Shown: positions 38,207 through 47,370, counted from the first letter of the stretch. The stretch is 64,000 bases of DNA from a virus (IMGVR_UViG_3300012096_000007:850-64849); one strand, 5' to 3'. Notes: generated by a model not told the origin, from the sequence alone. Translations and numbers: made by a program.

Positions 38207-39079
38207 ATGAGTGGCAATTTAGCAGAACGTGCAATGCTAGTGACACTGCGCATATCATCTTGGGCAGGGATGATGCTTGACAAGGAAATCACTGAAGATG
38301 TCAATCAAAGCTATAAGGCAGAAAAAGAAGCTGGGCGCTATAACAAGCGCCTCGTCGCTTCCAGCTTCCTCAGTGGTGTTTCACAAGCCCATTCCAAAGC
38401 TCGCAAAACCCACAAGCTTCTTACATTACCGTGGGAATATGACGGCACTGGGATTTTGGCCAGTGCTGGCTATATCAACTATGTAGGCTTGATGAAGGAA
38501 TGCCGCCAGCAAACAGAGACTGAAGTCAAGCAGTTTCTGACCATGCGGGATGATTACATCAAGGAAGCTTCGGTGCGCCTCGGCAAAATGTTTGATGCCG
38601 ATGATTACCCCAGCAATGATGAAATCAAGGAGAAGTTCGACTTTGACGTGGAAATCAAAGCAGTGCCTGAGGCCAATGATTTCCGTGTCACCCTTGGTGA
38701 TGAAGCCGTCAAAGCAATCATCAAGGGTATTCAGACCCGCACCAATCAGCGGCTCCAAAATGCCATGGATGACATCTTCAAACGGATTGAAGAACTGGTC
38801 AAGCACATGGTCGAACGGCTGCGCGCTTATCAACCTGAAGCAGGCAAGCGGACGGATACTGTCATCCGGGATTCTATCGTACAGAACATCCTTGAACTAA
38901 CCAAGGTATTGCCCATCCTTAATATCACTAATGACCCGCGCATCATTGAGCTAGAAAAGCGGTTAACCGCTGATCTGGTAACATCACCTGTGATGCTGCG
39001 CACCGATGCCAAACTGAGGGCAGTTACCATCAGCAAGGCCGACGCCATCCTCAAAAAAGTCCAGAGTTACATGAAATGA
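38207..39079 (+). CDS. DUF3150-like phage protein
   Basis: AMLVTLRISSW, TLPW, FDADDYP, LNITNDP; upstream of the AAA and vWA genes. Confidence 0.6.
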   Translation: MSGNLAERAMLVTLRISSWAGMMLDKEITEDVNQSYKAEKEAGRYNKRLVASSFLSGVSQAHSKARKTHKLLTLPWEYDGTGILASAGYINYVGLMKECRQQTETEVKQFLTMRDDYIKEASVRLGKMFDADDYPSNDEIKEKFDFDVEIKAVPEANDFRVTLGDEAVKAIIKGIQTRTNQRLQNAMDDIFKRIEELVKHMVERLRAYQPEAGKRTDTVIRDSIVQNILELTKVLPILNITNDPRIIELEKRLTADLVTSPVMLRTDAKLRAVTISKADAILKKVQSYMK

Positions 39080-39273
39080 CCCGGCTTCAAGAGGTAGCGC
39101 ATGAATTTTCTACCGCTGATGAAGCCTTACGCAAAGCTTTACTATGTGCTGAAAAAACTGAGCGGATCATCAAGCAACTGAAGAAGATGATGCGCCCAGC
39201 ACAACCAAAACGCATCGAAGTCATGGGACGCAATGGTCGGGAAATCTGGTCATTGCCCATTGAAGAAGTAAAA

Positions 39274-39341
39274 TAGTGCAACTACGGAACACATCTACCA
39301 AGGTGTGTTCAAAGGTGCCCTAACGCGCCAAACAGGAGGAG
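39274..39341 (+). repeat. Divergent cassette element R11
   Basis: GAACACATCT/AGGTGTGTTC hairpin; same RBS tag. Confidence 0.65.
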
Positions 39342-39345
39342 AAAC

Positions 39346-40395
39346 ATGTCTAAAACTCAAACTACAACTGGGGTCACAGCAGTTCGCACTGAAACAATTG
39401 AAGGTGCGAAAGAGCTGGCCCGGTATTACAGGCAAGAAGATATTCCTCTTTACTTACACGGTGCCCCCGGCGTCGGCAAATCAGACATCATGCATCAACT
39501 AGCTGATGAAGACAAAGATGAAGGCAAAAGTGGCTTCATTGATGTCCGTGTCAGCACCATGTTGCCTGAGGACCTGACAGGTATCCCCGTGCCTGACCTT
39601 GAAAACCGTGTCGCCGTTTGGCTCAGGGCTACCTTTTGGCCTGAAGAAAAACGTGATGGTAAGCGGGGCATCATTGCATTTGACGAACTCAGTGATGCAC
39701 CACGTAACCTGCAATCATGCATCTACCGTGTGATTTTGGATCGCCAAATTGGCGACTTCAAACTGCCATCCGGCTGGTGGCCTATGGCGGCAGGCAACCG
39801 CAGGGAAGACCGTGCAGCAGCACAGTCTATTTCCAGCGCACTAGCCAACCGATTTGCCCACATTCACATTCGGCCTGATCATGAGGCTTGGCTGCGTTGG
39901 GCCAATCTCAACAACATCAATCCTCTATTGATAGGGTACATCAAATGGAGGCCTGATATGATCCACAACATGAGCGGTGCTGACCTACTAGCATTCCCAA
40001 CAGCACGTTCTTGGACACAAGCTTCCAAAGTATTTGGCAAGGAAGGCAGCCTGCGGTTTAGATTGCTATCCGGTATCGTAGGTGAAGGAGCGGCGACAGA
40101 CGTAGAGACCTTCTTCACCGCGTTAAACCTGCCTGACTTTGAAGACGTCATCAAGGATCCCATGAGCACCTTGATTCCTGAAGAACCAGCTTCACGGTTT
40201 GCATTAAGCTCGTTGCTGGCAAGAAACATGACATCTGACAACATGGTCCAAATCATGAAATACATCAACCGGGATGCCTTTGGTGCTGACTTTGGCACTG
40301 TTGTCATCTTGGACGCCACCAAGCGAGATCAATCACTGTGTGAAACACAGGCGTTCATCAAATGGGCACGAACCAACAAGACTTTGCGCATCTAA
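39346..40395 (+). CDS. MoxR-like AAA+ ATPase
   Basis: GAPGVGKS, IIAFDE, AAGN, ALANRF, PTARSW. Confidence 0.85.
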   Translation: MSKTQTTTGVTAVRTETIEGAKELARYYRQEDIPLYLHGAPGVGKSDIMHQLADEDKDEGKSGFIDVRVSTMLPEDLTGIPVPDLENRVAVWLRATFWPEEKRDGKRGIIAFDELSDAPRNLQSCIYRVILDRQIGDFKLPSGWWPMAAGNRREDRAAAQSISSALANRFAHIHIRPDHEAWLRWANLNNINPLLIGYIKWRPDMIHNMSGADLLAFPTARSWTQASKVFGKEGSLRFRLLSGIVGEGAATDVETFFTALNLPDFEDVIKDPMSTLIPEEPASRFALSSLLARNMTSDNMVQIMKYINRDAFGADFGTVVILDATKRDQSLCETQAFIKWARTNKTLRI

Positions 40396-40415
40396 TCAAC
40401 AGGAGGAGGAGAACA

Positions 40416-40781
40416 TTGAAACCATTTACTAAAAATGATCGAAAACAACTAGTTGAAGACCTCAACTATTTGTCAGACATCTTAGAAAACATCATGAAAA
40501 TCACAGAACAACTAACACCCGCTGACAAGATAGACGTGGCAGCCCGATTTAGGGCTGCTCACAAAACCATTGAAAAATTTGACAAAGATGTAAAAACCTA
40601 TGTCAAAGATCATCTCAGGCACGCTGCAGGCGAAGTACCCGGCTATCAATTCAAAGCTGTGCTACAGATCGTCCCCACTAATCGGCTTGATCAAGAAGCC
40701 TTGAAGATCGACAAACCTGCAATAGTCGCCGCATACATGAAGCCAAGTGACGATGAACGTGTGAGTTACGAAATACGCTAG
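40416..40781 (+). CDS. Hypothetical protein
   Basis: TTG start after AACAGGAGGAG. Confidence 0.6.
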   Translation: MKPFTKNDRKQLVEDLNYLSDILENIMKITEQLTPADKIDVAARFRAAHKTIEKFDKDVKTYVKDHLRHAAGEVPGYQFKAVLQIVPTNRLDQEALKIDKPAIVAAYMKPSDDERVSYEIR

Positions 40782-40946
40782 TGTTGCTTCAAGAAATGCC
40801 AATGTCCCTGTAAGCCGTCACTTCAGGCAGTCCTGCTTCGCAGGCTGGCTTACTGAAAGCGTAGGGGATCGGCTGGAGCACGTTTTTGACCTACCTCTAC
40901 TCCAGCCTCATTTCTTGGTGAAGCACTACGCTTCAAACAGGAGGAG
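40779..40946 (+). ncRNA. Cassette element with enclosed structured RNA (R12)
   Basis: CAAGAAATG/CATTTCTTG closing stem, several inner helices. Confidence 0.55.
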
Positions 40947-40949
40947 AAT

Positions 40950-42143
40950 ATGAAAATCAAAGATCGTGAGGCGCATGATTCCATCATCCACGCCCGCACC
41001 AATCTATTGGTCAGCAATGGCTTCTTTGGCTTTCTGGCCATGCAATTGCGGTTGATTGAAGACTACAACATGCCTACGGCTGCGGTAGATGGTATATCAC
41101 TGTTCTACAATCCTGATTTCGTCAATCAACTAGACGACAGGCAATGTGAATTCCTGATATGCCATGAAGTCATGCACTGTTGCCTGAAACACTTCTCAAG
41201 ACGGCAAGGACGACAAATCAAGCCGTGGAATGCAGCTTGTGACTTTGTAATCAATTTGGACTTGAAGGATTCAGGCTTCACCTTGATCCACGATGTCATG
41301 ATCAGCGGCAAAAACTTCCAATGCTGTATTGATGAAAAATACAGAGGTATGACCTCTGAAGAGATCTATGATTCGTTCCCCAAAGTTGAAATTAACTTCT
41401 ATATATCTGGGGATGGATCAGAATGGGACATTGGTGGTGTCATTGATGCACCAAATGGCCAAACAGGTGAAGAGCAAGCCAAACACACTTGGGATAAAGC
41501 CGTACGATCAGCCATAGCTGTTATGAAAGCTAGTGGTATTGGCAGCGTTCCCGGCATCCTACGTCACCTGATTGGTGAATTGAATAGACCAAAAGTTTCA
41601 TGGAAAGATCTGACATGGAACTTCATTGATCAATCCATGTCCAAGGAACCATCTTGGGCACGGATCAGCCGACGCAGCGTAGCCATGGGTACCCTATTAC
41701 CCGGCGTCATATCTGACCGGCTCAATCATCTAGTGTTTGCCGTGGATGATTCTGGCAGCATCAACGATAAAATGTTCAAAGAAATGCTCAGTGAAGTAGC
41801 TGGCTCTTTGGATCAAGGTACTGCTGATCAATTGACTGTCATCTATGCTGATACCCGTGCCCATGATATTTTCCATTACGTGATGGGCGACATTGTGAAG
41901 CCAGAACCTTTAAAAGGTGGAGGAGGTGGTACTGCTTTCAGTGATACCTTCAAATACATCAGTGAAAATATCCCCGATGCCAGCTGCATCATCTACCTCA
42001 CCGACCTTGATGTTTATGATTTTGGTGACGACCCCGGTATTCCAACCTTATGGGCGGTATACACCCATGAAAGCCAATTTCCACAGCTGGCCGAAAAAGT
42101 ACCGTTTGGGGTTCCCATCCATGTCTCAACAAGCATAAGCTAA
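40950..42143 (+). CDS. Metallopeptidase-vWA protein (DUF2201-like)
   Basis: HEVMH, WNAACDFVIN, VDDSGSI (MIDAS), GGGGTAF, YLTD. Confidence 0.85.
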   Translation: MKIKDREAHDSIIHARTNLLVSNGFFGFLAMQLRLIEDYNMPTAAVDGISLFYNPDFVNQLDDRQCEFLICHEVMHCCLKHFSRRQGRQIKPWNAACDFVINLDLKDSGFTLIHDVMISGKNFQCCIDEKYRGMTSEEIYDSFPKVEINFYISGDGSEWDIGGVIDAPNGQTGEEQAKHTWDKAVRSAIAVMKASGIGSVPGILRHLIGELNRPKVSWKDLTWNFIDQSMSKEPSWARISRRSVAMGTLLPGVISDRLNHLVFAVDDSGSINDKMFKEMLSEVAGSLDQGTADQLTVIYADTRAHDIFHYVMGDIVKPEPLKGGGGGTAFSDTFKYISENIPDASCIIYLTDLDVYDFGDDPGIPTLWAVYTHESQFPQLAEKVPFGVPIHVSTSIS

Positions 42144-42280
42144 GTGTTCACGTCCTGCAGAGAGGAGCCCCGGTATTAGTAGGCCACTCACAACTCCGGT
42201 GAGGGTGATCCGTCAGTGATGACGGATTGTGCCGGGGCTCCACTCTGTAGTGGTGAGCATTTGTGCTCAAACAGGAGGAG
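42141..42280 (+). ncRNA. Cassette element with enclosed structured RNA (R13)
   Basis: Nested stems CTGCAGAG/CTCTGTAG and GGAGCCCCGGTA/TGCCGGGGCTCC. Confidence 0.6.
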
Positions 42281-42483
42281 AATATGAAAACACCACAGGC
42301 CAAGTTTGAATGGCCTAAAATACCTCATTCACATCTCAAACTTATCTATTTCTCCATCACATCCTTCTGTTGTGCCATCACAGCTTTTGCTGACGCAATA
42401 GGAGTAACTATATTTTTCGGATTAATGACCGCGTTTGTCTTTATCAGCGTGATTGTTAATGATGATGATGACAAGGAGGAAGC

Positions 42484-42861
42484 ATGAACTTCCAATTTGT
42501 ACCGATGGATGTCTATCCATTGATTGATCGAAGCAAAATGCCACAGATCGATGACAACAAATATCCCGACTTGTTTGTATTTCTTGGTGAACAGGGAATG
42601 ACTTTCAGCGCAGGAATCATTGATCCCACCCTGCTCAAACTTCACCAAGAAATAGATATTCAAAAAGCAATGAATATCCCTGACCACAGCCTTAGCAAAC
42701 CATTGCTCATCACTCAAAATGAGTTTGTGTTGGATGGTGATCACAGAGCCTACCGGCATTTCGTCAACAAAACCAAAGCACCTTTCATCCGCATCGAGGC
42801 TGAGTTTTATGTGGCCTATACCGCCATCATGAAATTTCCCGGAACTTTCGAGGTGATATAA
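42484..42861 (+). CDS. ParB/sulfiredoxin-like domain protein
   Basis: PLLITQNEFVLDGDHR. Confidence 0.6.
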   Translation: MNFQFVPMDVYPLIDRSKMPQIDDNKYPDLFVFLGEQGMTFSAGIIDPTLLKLHQEIDIQKAMNIPDHSLSKPLLITQNEFVLDGDHRAYRHFVNKTKAPFIRIEAEFYVAYTAIMKFPGTFEVI

Positions 42862-43400
42862 TGACTGCGGGAAAATCAAAAGCGCATTATCAAGCATCGA
42901 TGAAAGCACTTGCAGCGGCAGAACTTTCGTTCAAAACTGGAATACATGCAACTGCCGCTGCCAAAACACTTGGATCATCAAGATCAGCAGCTACTTACGC
43001 ACGGCTCATTCTTGAGTTTGGATCTGATCAAGATATCGATGATGCACGTACTGGTAAAACTGGCTTACGGACCTTGGCTGACAAGATAAGGCCAACCCTG
43101 ACAGCTGAAATTAGGAAGGAGCTTAAAAAACGTACTGGAGGAAAATTCAGCGAAGGTCATCTTCACAACCTCAAAACTGAAAAAGATCTTTGGGTCAAAT
43201 TGAAAGTAGTCTTAGAGAACCTTTCTGAGTTACCTCATCCTAAGGAAATGATCCCAGTTGTGAAAAGCAATAACATGCGAGCACGAGCTATTCGCTTGCA
43301 CTTACACAACGCAACCAAATGGATAGAGGATTTCAACAATGAGTGGAAGCGATCTGAAGAGGATACTTCTAACACCGGAGGAAGCAACGAGGCTGCTTGA
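42861..43400 (+). CDS. Hypothetical protein, possible HTH
   Basis: AAAKTLGSSRSAATYAR. Confidence 0.55.
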   Translation: MTAGKSKAHYQASMKALAAAELSFKTGIHATAAAKTLGSSRSAATYARLILEFGSDQDIDDARTGKTGLRTLADKIRPTLTAEIRKELKKRTGGKFSEGHLHNLKTEKDLWVKLKVVLENLSELPHPKEMIPVVKSNNMRARAIRLHLHNATKWIEDFNNEWKRSEEDTSNTGGSNEAA

Positions 43401-44169
43401 ATACAATACACTCAATCGGCCTTTAAATGACCAACACGTCAAACGTCTTGCTACTCAAATCATCGATGGCAAATGGCGTTTCAATGGAGATACCATCAAG
43501 TTTTCAGCCAAAGGTGAAATTTTAGATGGCCAACACCGTTTATGGGCTGTTGTAGAAGCAAAAATCGCTATTGAAACAATCATAGTGCGTGGCGTTGAAA
43601 AAGATGCCTTTGCTACCATTGATACCCTACGCAAACCACGTTCCGGCGCTGACATTTTAGCCCTCAATGGAGCAACCAAGCATCGAGCCATCACATCCGC
43701 CGCCCTTCAATGGCTACTACGTTGGCAGCGTGGTGTGCTTGAAAAATATGCGGCTCCCATCAACCGCATTGAAAATTCAGACATTGAAATAGCCTTTGAA
43801 AACAACCCCGGCATAGAACGGGCCGTAAGCCGTGTGATGGGATTACGTGGGTTAGCCAACCCATCATTGGTTGGATTTTTCTATTACATTCTAACCAACC
43901 GTTCACCAGAGCTTGCAGAGCGAATGGTTTTCACACTAGAAAACCCAGCAGGTGTTACCATCAATGATCCGTTCTTCAGACTCAGAATGTACTTCAGTTC
44001 AGACAAAGTAAAACGCAAAGACCCAGTGGTGACAATAGCTTTAATGATCAAGGCGGCAAATGCCGCCTACCACGGTACAGAAGTCAGAATGCTGAATTGG
44101 CGAAATCAAGGTGACCGGCCTGAACCATTTCCAAAACTTGAAGTATCTAGTTCAGGTAATGCCATTTAA
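43339..44169 (+). CDS. ParB-like N-terminal domain protein
   Basis: NRPLN, NGDTIKF, LDGQHRLWAVV. Confidence 0.75.
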   Translation: MSGSDLKRILLTPEEATRLLEYNTLNRPLNDQHVKRLATQIIDGKWRFNGDTIKFSAKGEILDGQHRLWAVVEAKIAIETIIVRGVEKDAFATIDTLRKPRSGADILALNGATKHRAITSAALQWLLRWQRGVLEKYAAPINRIENSDIEIAFENNPGIERAVSRVMGLRGLANPSLVGFFYYILTNRSPELAERMVFTLENPAGVTINDPFFRLRMYFSSDKVKRKDPVVTIALMIKAANAAYHGTEVRMLNWRNQGDRPEPFPKLEVSSSGNAI

Positions 44170-44230
44170 TTGCTGACGTCCAGAAGCCTACGGGCTTCTG
44201 TGGTGAGCAATCATGCTCAAACAGGAGGAG
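44167..44230 (+). repeat. Cassette element R14
   Basis: Matches R8. Confidence 0.85.
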
Positions 44231-44237
44231 AAATAAA

Positions 44238-44591
44238 ATGAGTGATGATCTTTTTGTGATTACAAACGTATTTGTCGACGGCAAAAACCTGAGTAAACTG
44301 CTCCGGGCTTCCGCCGGACTTGTCGTTAAAATGGATGTGCCACGCCCCGTCGTCAACGCAGTAATGGAAAAAGGCACCATCAAACAAGCATCAGGAGCTC
44401 GTGGCATCAAAGAAAAATTCACTGAATTAGTACGTCAATTCAACAAAGGAACGGATCTTCCCACAAGCCAACTCAGAACCCTAATGAAACAAGCAGGAGG
44501 ATCTGAAGGGGGAATTGGATATTACACCCAAGCTCTAAAAACCGAGAAAATCCTGAAATTGAAAGAACGGGGCTTGTGGACTGTCATCTAA
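44238..44591 (+). CDS. Hypothetical protein, possible winged helix
   Basis: 117 aa cassette ORF. Confidence 0.55.
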   Translation: MSDDLFVITNVFVDGKNLSKLLRASAGLVVKMDVPRPVVNAVMEKGTIKQASGARGIKEKFTELVRQFNKGTDLPTSQLRTLMKQAGGSEGGIGYYTQALKTEKILKLKERGLWTVI

Positions 44592-44593
44592 TA

Positions 44594-44660
44594 TGAGAGC
44601 ATTTCTGTCCTGCCCCTTGTGAGGGGCAGTGAGAAGCGCTCATGCTTCAAAAGTGAGGAG
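44594..44660 (+). repeat. Cassette element R15 (variant RBS)
   Basis: CTGCCCCT-TGTG-AGGGGCAG upper stem; ends AAAAGTGAGGAG. Confidence 0.8.
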
Positions 44661-44668
44661 AATCATTT

Positions 44669-44935
44669 ATGGCTAAGCGTGGTTTCATCAAGTACTCAGG
44701 ATACTTCTTCTCAGAGCAAGACCCCATCGTAGGCTACATTCTTGCTCTGAAACGAGAAAAGAAACTGACCAATACCAAGCTATCTGCCAAAACCAAGGTT
44801 GCTACCAGCACTTATGGAAATTGGGAGTCAAAAAAGACCAAGAGACCTCAATTCGCTACCATTGCAGCAACTGGCGTAGCCCTTGGCTTGACCAGCCTGC
44901 CTTTAACTTCTGAAGGGCGTAGAAACGGTGGCTGA
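44669..44935 (+). CDS. XRE-family HTH regulator
   Basis: LSAKTKVATSTYGNWESKKTKRPQFATI. Confidence 0.75.
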   Translation: MAKRGFIKYSGYFFSEQDPIVGYILALKREKKLTNTKLSAKTKVATSTYGNWESKKTKRPQFATIAATGVALGLTSLPLTSEGRRNGG

Positions 44936-45020
44936 GTAGCCCCATGATTAGACTTGACAACCAAGTTCCAGACTACTACGTCAAAAAAGAAGGAAAACTT
45001 AACAATTAACCCAACAGAGT

Positions 45021-45473
45021 ATGTACATGGCAATAGATGACATTGAGGAATCCCGTCCCGCCAAATCCGTGACCAAAGCCGAAAAAAGCAATGGTCAGGA
45101 CAAAGCCCCTACAAAGGCCGCTGGTAAGTCCGTGAAAAAGGCTGCCAAAGCCAAGGTAAGGACTAAAACCGCACCCAAAACCGCCGCTCGGGCGACAAAG
45201 ACGCCTCTCAAGGCAAAGGTCACCAAAGCCAAGGCTGCAAGCAAGGTTGACAAGGACGGGTACGGCTTCCGTAAAGGAAGTGCCAAATCCAAGGCTATTG
45301 CCATGTACGCTCGCAAAAACGGTGCAACTCTGGAAGAGGTCAAGTCAGTGGTTGGCAGCATTCAGTTAAATGTTCTCAATTCACTTGAGGAGAATGGCGC
45401 ACTGATTGAACGTGCCAAAGAGCAACGTAAAGGCCAGCGTGCCGTGACGAGGTATTTCCTCAAACATCTATAA
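45021..45473 (+). CDS. Histone-like, DUF3489-like DNA-binding protein
   Basis: K/A-rich N-terminus; GSAKSKAIAMYARKNGATLEEV. Confidence 0.6.
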   Translation: MYMAIDDIEESRPAKSVTKAEKSNGQDKAPTKAAGKSVKKAAKAKVRTKTAPKTAARATKTPLKAKVTKAKAASKVDKDGYGFRKGSAKSKAIAMYARKNGATLEEVKSVVGSIQLNVLNSLEENGALIERAKEQRKGQRAVTRYFLKHL

Positions 45474-45523
45474 GTGATAGTCGGGAGTCCCCGAAGACGT
45501 TTCCTCCCCTCCCGACTTTGACT

Positions 45524-45560
45524 GGCCCTCGCAGCTGTGATGCCTGCGGGGGCCTTTTTT
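45524..45560 (+). terminator. Rho-independent terminator
   Basis: GGCCCTCGCAG/CTGCGGGGGCC stem plus T6. Confidence 0.8.
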
Positions 45561-46385
45561 ATGTTTGTCCATTTTCAGGAGGTAACATGAAACATTCAGA
45601 ATTCATGGTTGGGAACTTCTTCAGATGCGGTAACGATCAATGGATGGTGACTGATATCGGAGCTCGAACCATCATTGCTATTCATTTCAAGGAGGGCTGG
45701 ATGCTGGGACCACCATATGCCTTGGCTGAAATTGTCTTTGATGAAAACGATCTGCCGGGGTGTACACCATGGCTCAATGGATAAACTTTGATCTTCAAGA
45801 GATCAACATCGAACGCAACAGAAATGGAAAAATGTCCATCTCACAAATAGTGGCTGAAAGAATAATCAGGGATTATCTCTTGAGCCTCAAACCCGTACCA
45901 GCCCCAACTGAAGAGGAGATGAATATATCATGGCCAAATTCGACAACTGGGACATCATAGCCGCAGCATCCTATGGCACAGCATGGTTAATACTCATGGG
46001 GATATTCGGTGGGCTTTTCCCCACCCCATGGGCGTGGATAGCTTTACTCCTTGGGGTCATCCCGGCCATCTACTACGTGAAAAGGCATATGCTATGAAAC
46101 CCAAATCCCTACCTGATTTCCAAACCTATCAGGAACGTGATGCGTGGTTCACAGAGAACGCCGATTACTTCACCGTAGTCAAAAAAGATGGCGTAGGCCA
46201 CGTGGCTCGCGATGAAGTACACACATTGGCAGATGCCGAAGCATTAGCCAAAACAAGACAAACCATCAGCGGTGGCCGATACCTGATTTTTGCCGTGGTC
46301 GGTGAACAGTCAGCGTTTGTCAAAACAGTCCCTTGAAGCCTGTTTTGTTTTGCTCTAAACTTTGAATGAGTGACCATCATGCAGT

Positions 46386-46480
46386 TTGCGGTCAGTTTCC
46401 TCTAGGACTGACTTAGCAAGGGTGCGGGCTGGGTTTTTAGGATTCTCCTCCTGTTTTCCCGGTCCGCAGTCCCTTCTTCC
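46386..46480 (+). ncRNA. Candidate antisense sRNA against the cassette RBS tag
   Basis: Two hairpins; the second loop contains ATTCTCCTCCTGTTT, the reverse complement of AAACAGGAGGAGAAT. Confidence 0.6.
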
Positions 46481-46494
46481 CTTAGGAAATTCTC

Positions 46495-46887
46495 ATGCGT
46501 TATCATGCCTCAAAGGAGTGGCGCGAGCTATGGAGGGATGCGCTGCTCAATATGCCAGCAATGGCCATCATTCCAAGACGAGAACGAATCGTTAAGAGTG
46601 CCATAAATGGATTGACCATGACATGGTATCGCTCTGGTTACCACCGTGGTGCCGCTATAGCTCTGCGGCTCTGCCTTGGATACCACACTTATAATGCGCA
46701 AGGCCGTAGCAATGCGGCGGGCTGTATTTACATGGCCATACAGCGCGGTAGCGCGCCCCGTGGTGCGGCTAGGCAAAGGTTGCTTAGGGTACTGGCTGGG
46801 CCGCATGGCGCTACCCTTGCCCGCGCTAGGCTCATACAGCTAGGGCAGGCTGACCGTTTCAAATTTTGGCCCAAACCGGGCCAGTAG
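46495..46887 (+). CDS. GPH-motif family protein (closest to 27369-27683)
   Basis: RLLRVLAGPHGATLARA. Confidence 0.65.
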   Translation: MRYHASKEWRELWRDALLNMPAMAIIPRRERIVKSAINGLTMTWYRSGYHRGAAIALRLCLGYHTYNAQGRSNAAGCIYMAIQRGSAPRGAARQRLLRVLAGPHGATLARARLIQLGQADRFKFWPKPGQ

Positions 46888-46978
46888 AAATATGGCGGGT
46901 ACCCGCCATATACAGAAGCGGGGTATGAGCGCCCCGCTTTTGCTAACTCAAGGAGCTCATAAACAGGAAGAGAACCAA

Positions 46979-47317
46979 ATGTCAAAGCTTCTCAAAAGGG
47001 TGATTGACAAGCATATGCCGCATCTGTCGCACAAGCTGACGGCTGAAAACGGCTATGACGAGGCCAAGCACCGCACCGTGGCTGACTTGCACAAGGCCAA
47101 GCTGATCAATGACGAAGAAAAGGCAGCCATTGACAGCTGCGTCGACGATCTGGCCAACCTCGATGATGACAGCTATAGCAGCAACGCAGCCAAGGTGCTG
47201 AAGGCAGTCAACAGCGGCGAGGTAAATCCGGACAGCCTGAATGATGACGCGTTTGCCAAAGCATTCATGGACACTACTGATGACAATGCTGACAGCGACG
47301 AGAACATTACCGCCTGA
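46979..47317 (+). CDS. Acidic protein
   Basis: D-rich C-terminal half; RBS upstream and terminator downstream. Confidence 0.65.
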   Translation: MSKLLKRVIDKHMPHLSHKLTAENGYDEAKHRTVADLHKAKLINDEEKAAIDSCVDDLANLDDDSYSSNAAKVLKAVNSGEVNPDSLNDDAFAKAFMDTTDDNADSDENITA

Positions 47318-47338
47318 TTCGGCGGCTAACTGAAACTA

Positions 47339-47370
47339 GGGCCGGGGGCTTCATTGCCTCCGGCTTTTTA
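47339..47370 (+). terminator. Rho-independent terminator
   Basis: GCCGGGGGC/GCCTCCGGC stem plus T-tract. Confidence 0.75.

Noticed and set aside
32875-44660. CRISPR array
   Set aside because: Repeats are ~63 nt, variable, and separated by whole genes of unequal length; no cas genes seen
32875-44660. Integron attC cassette array
   Set aside because: No RYYYAAC/GTTRRRY core sites recognised and no integrase in the window; G-U pairing favours a plus-strand RNA structure
46441-46460. Minus-strand ribosome-binding site
   Set aside because: No start codon at usable spacing; the sequence sits in a plus-strand hairpin loop
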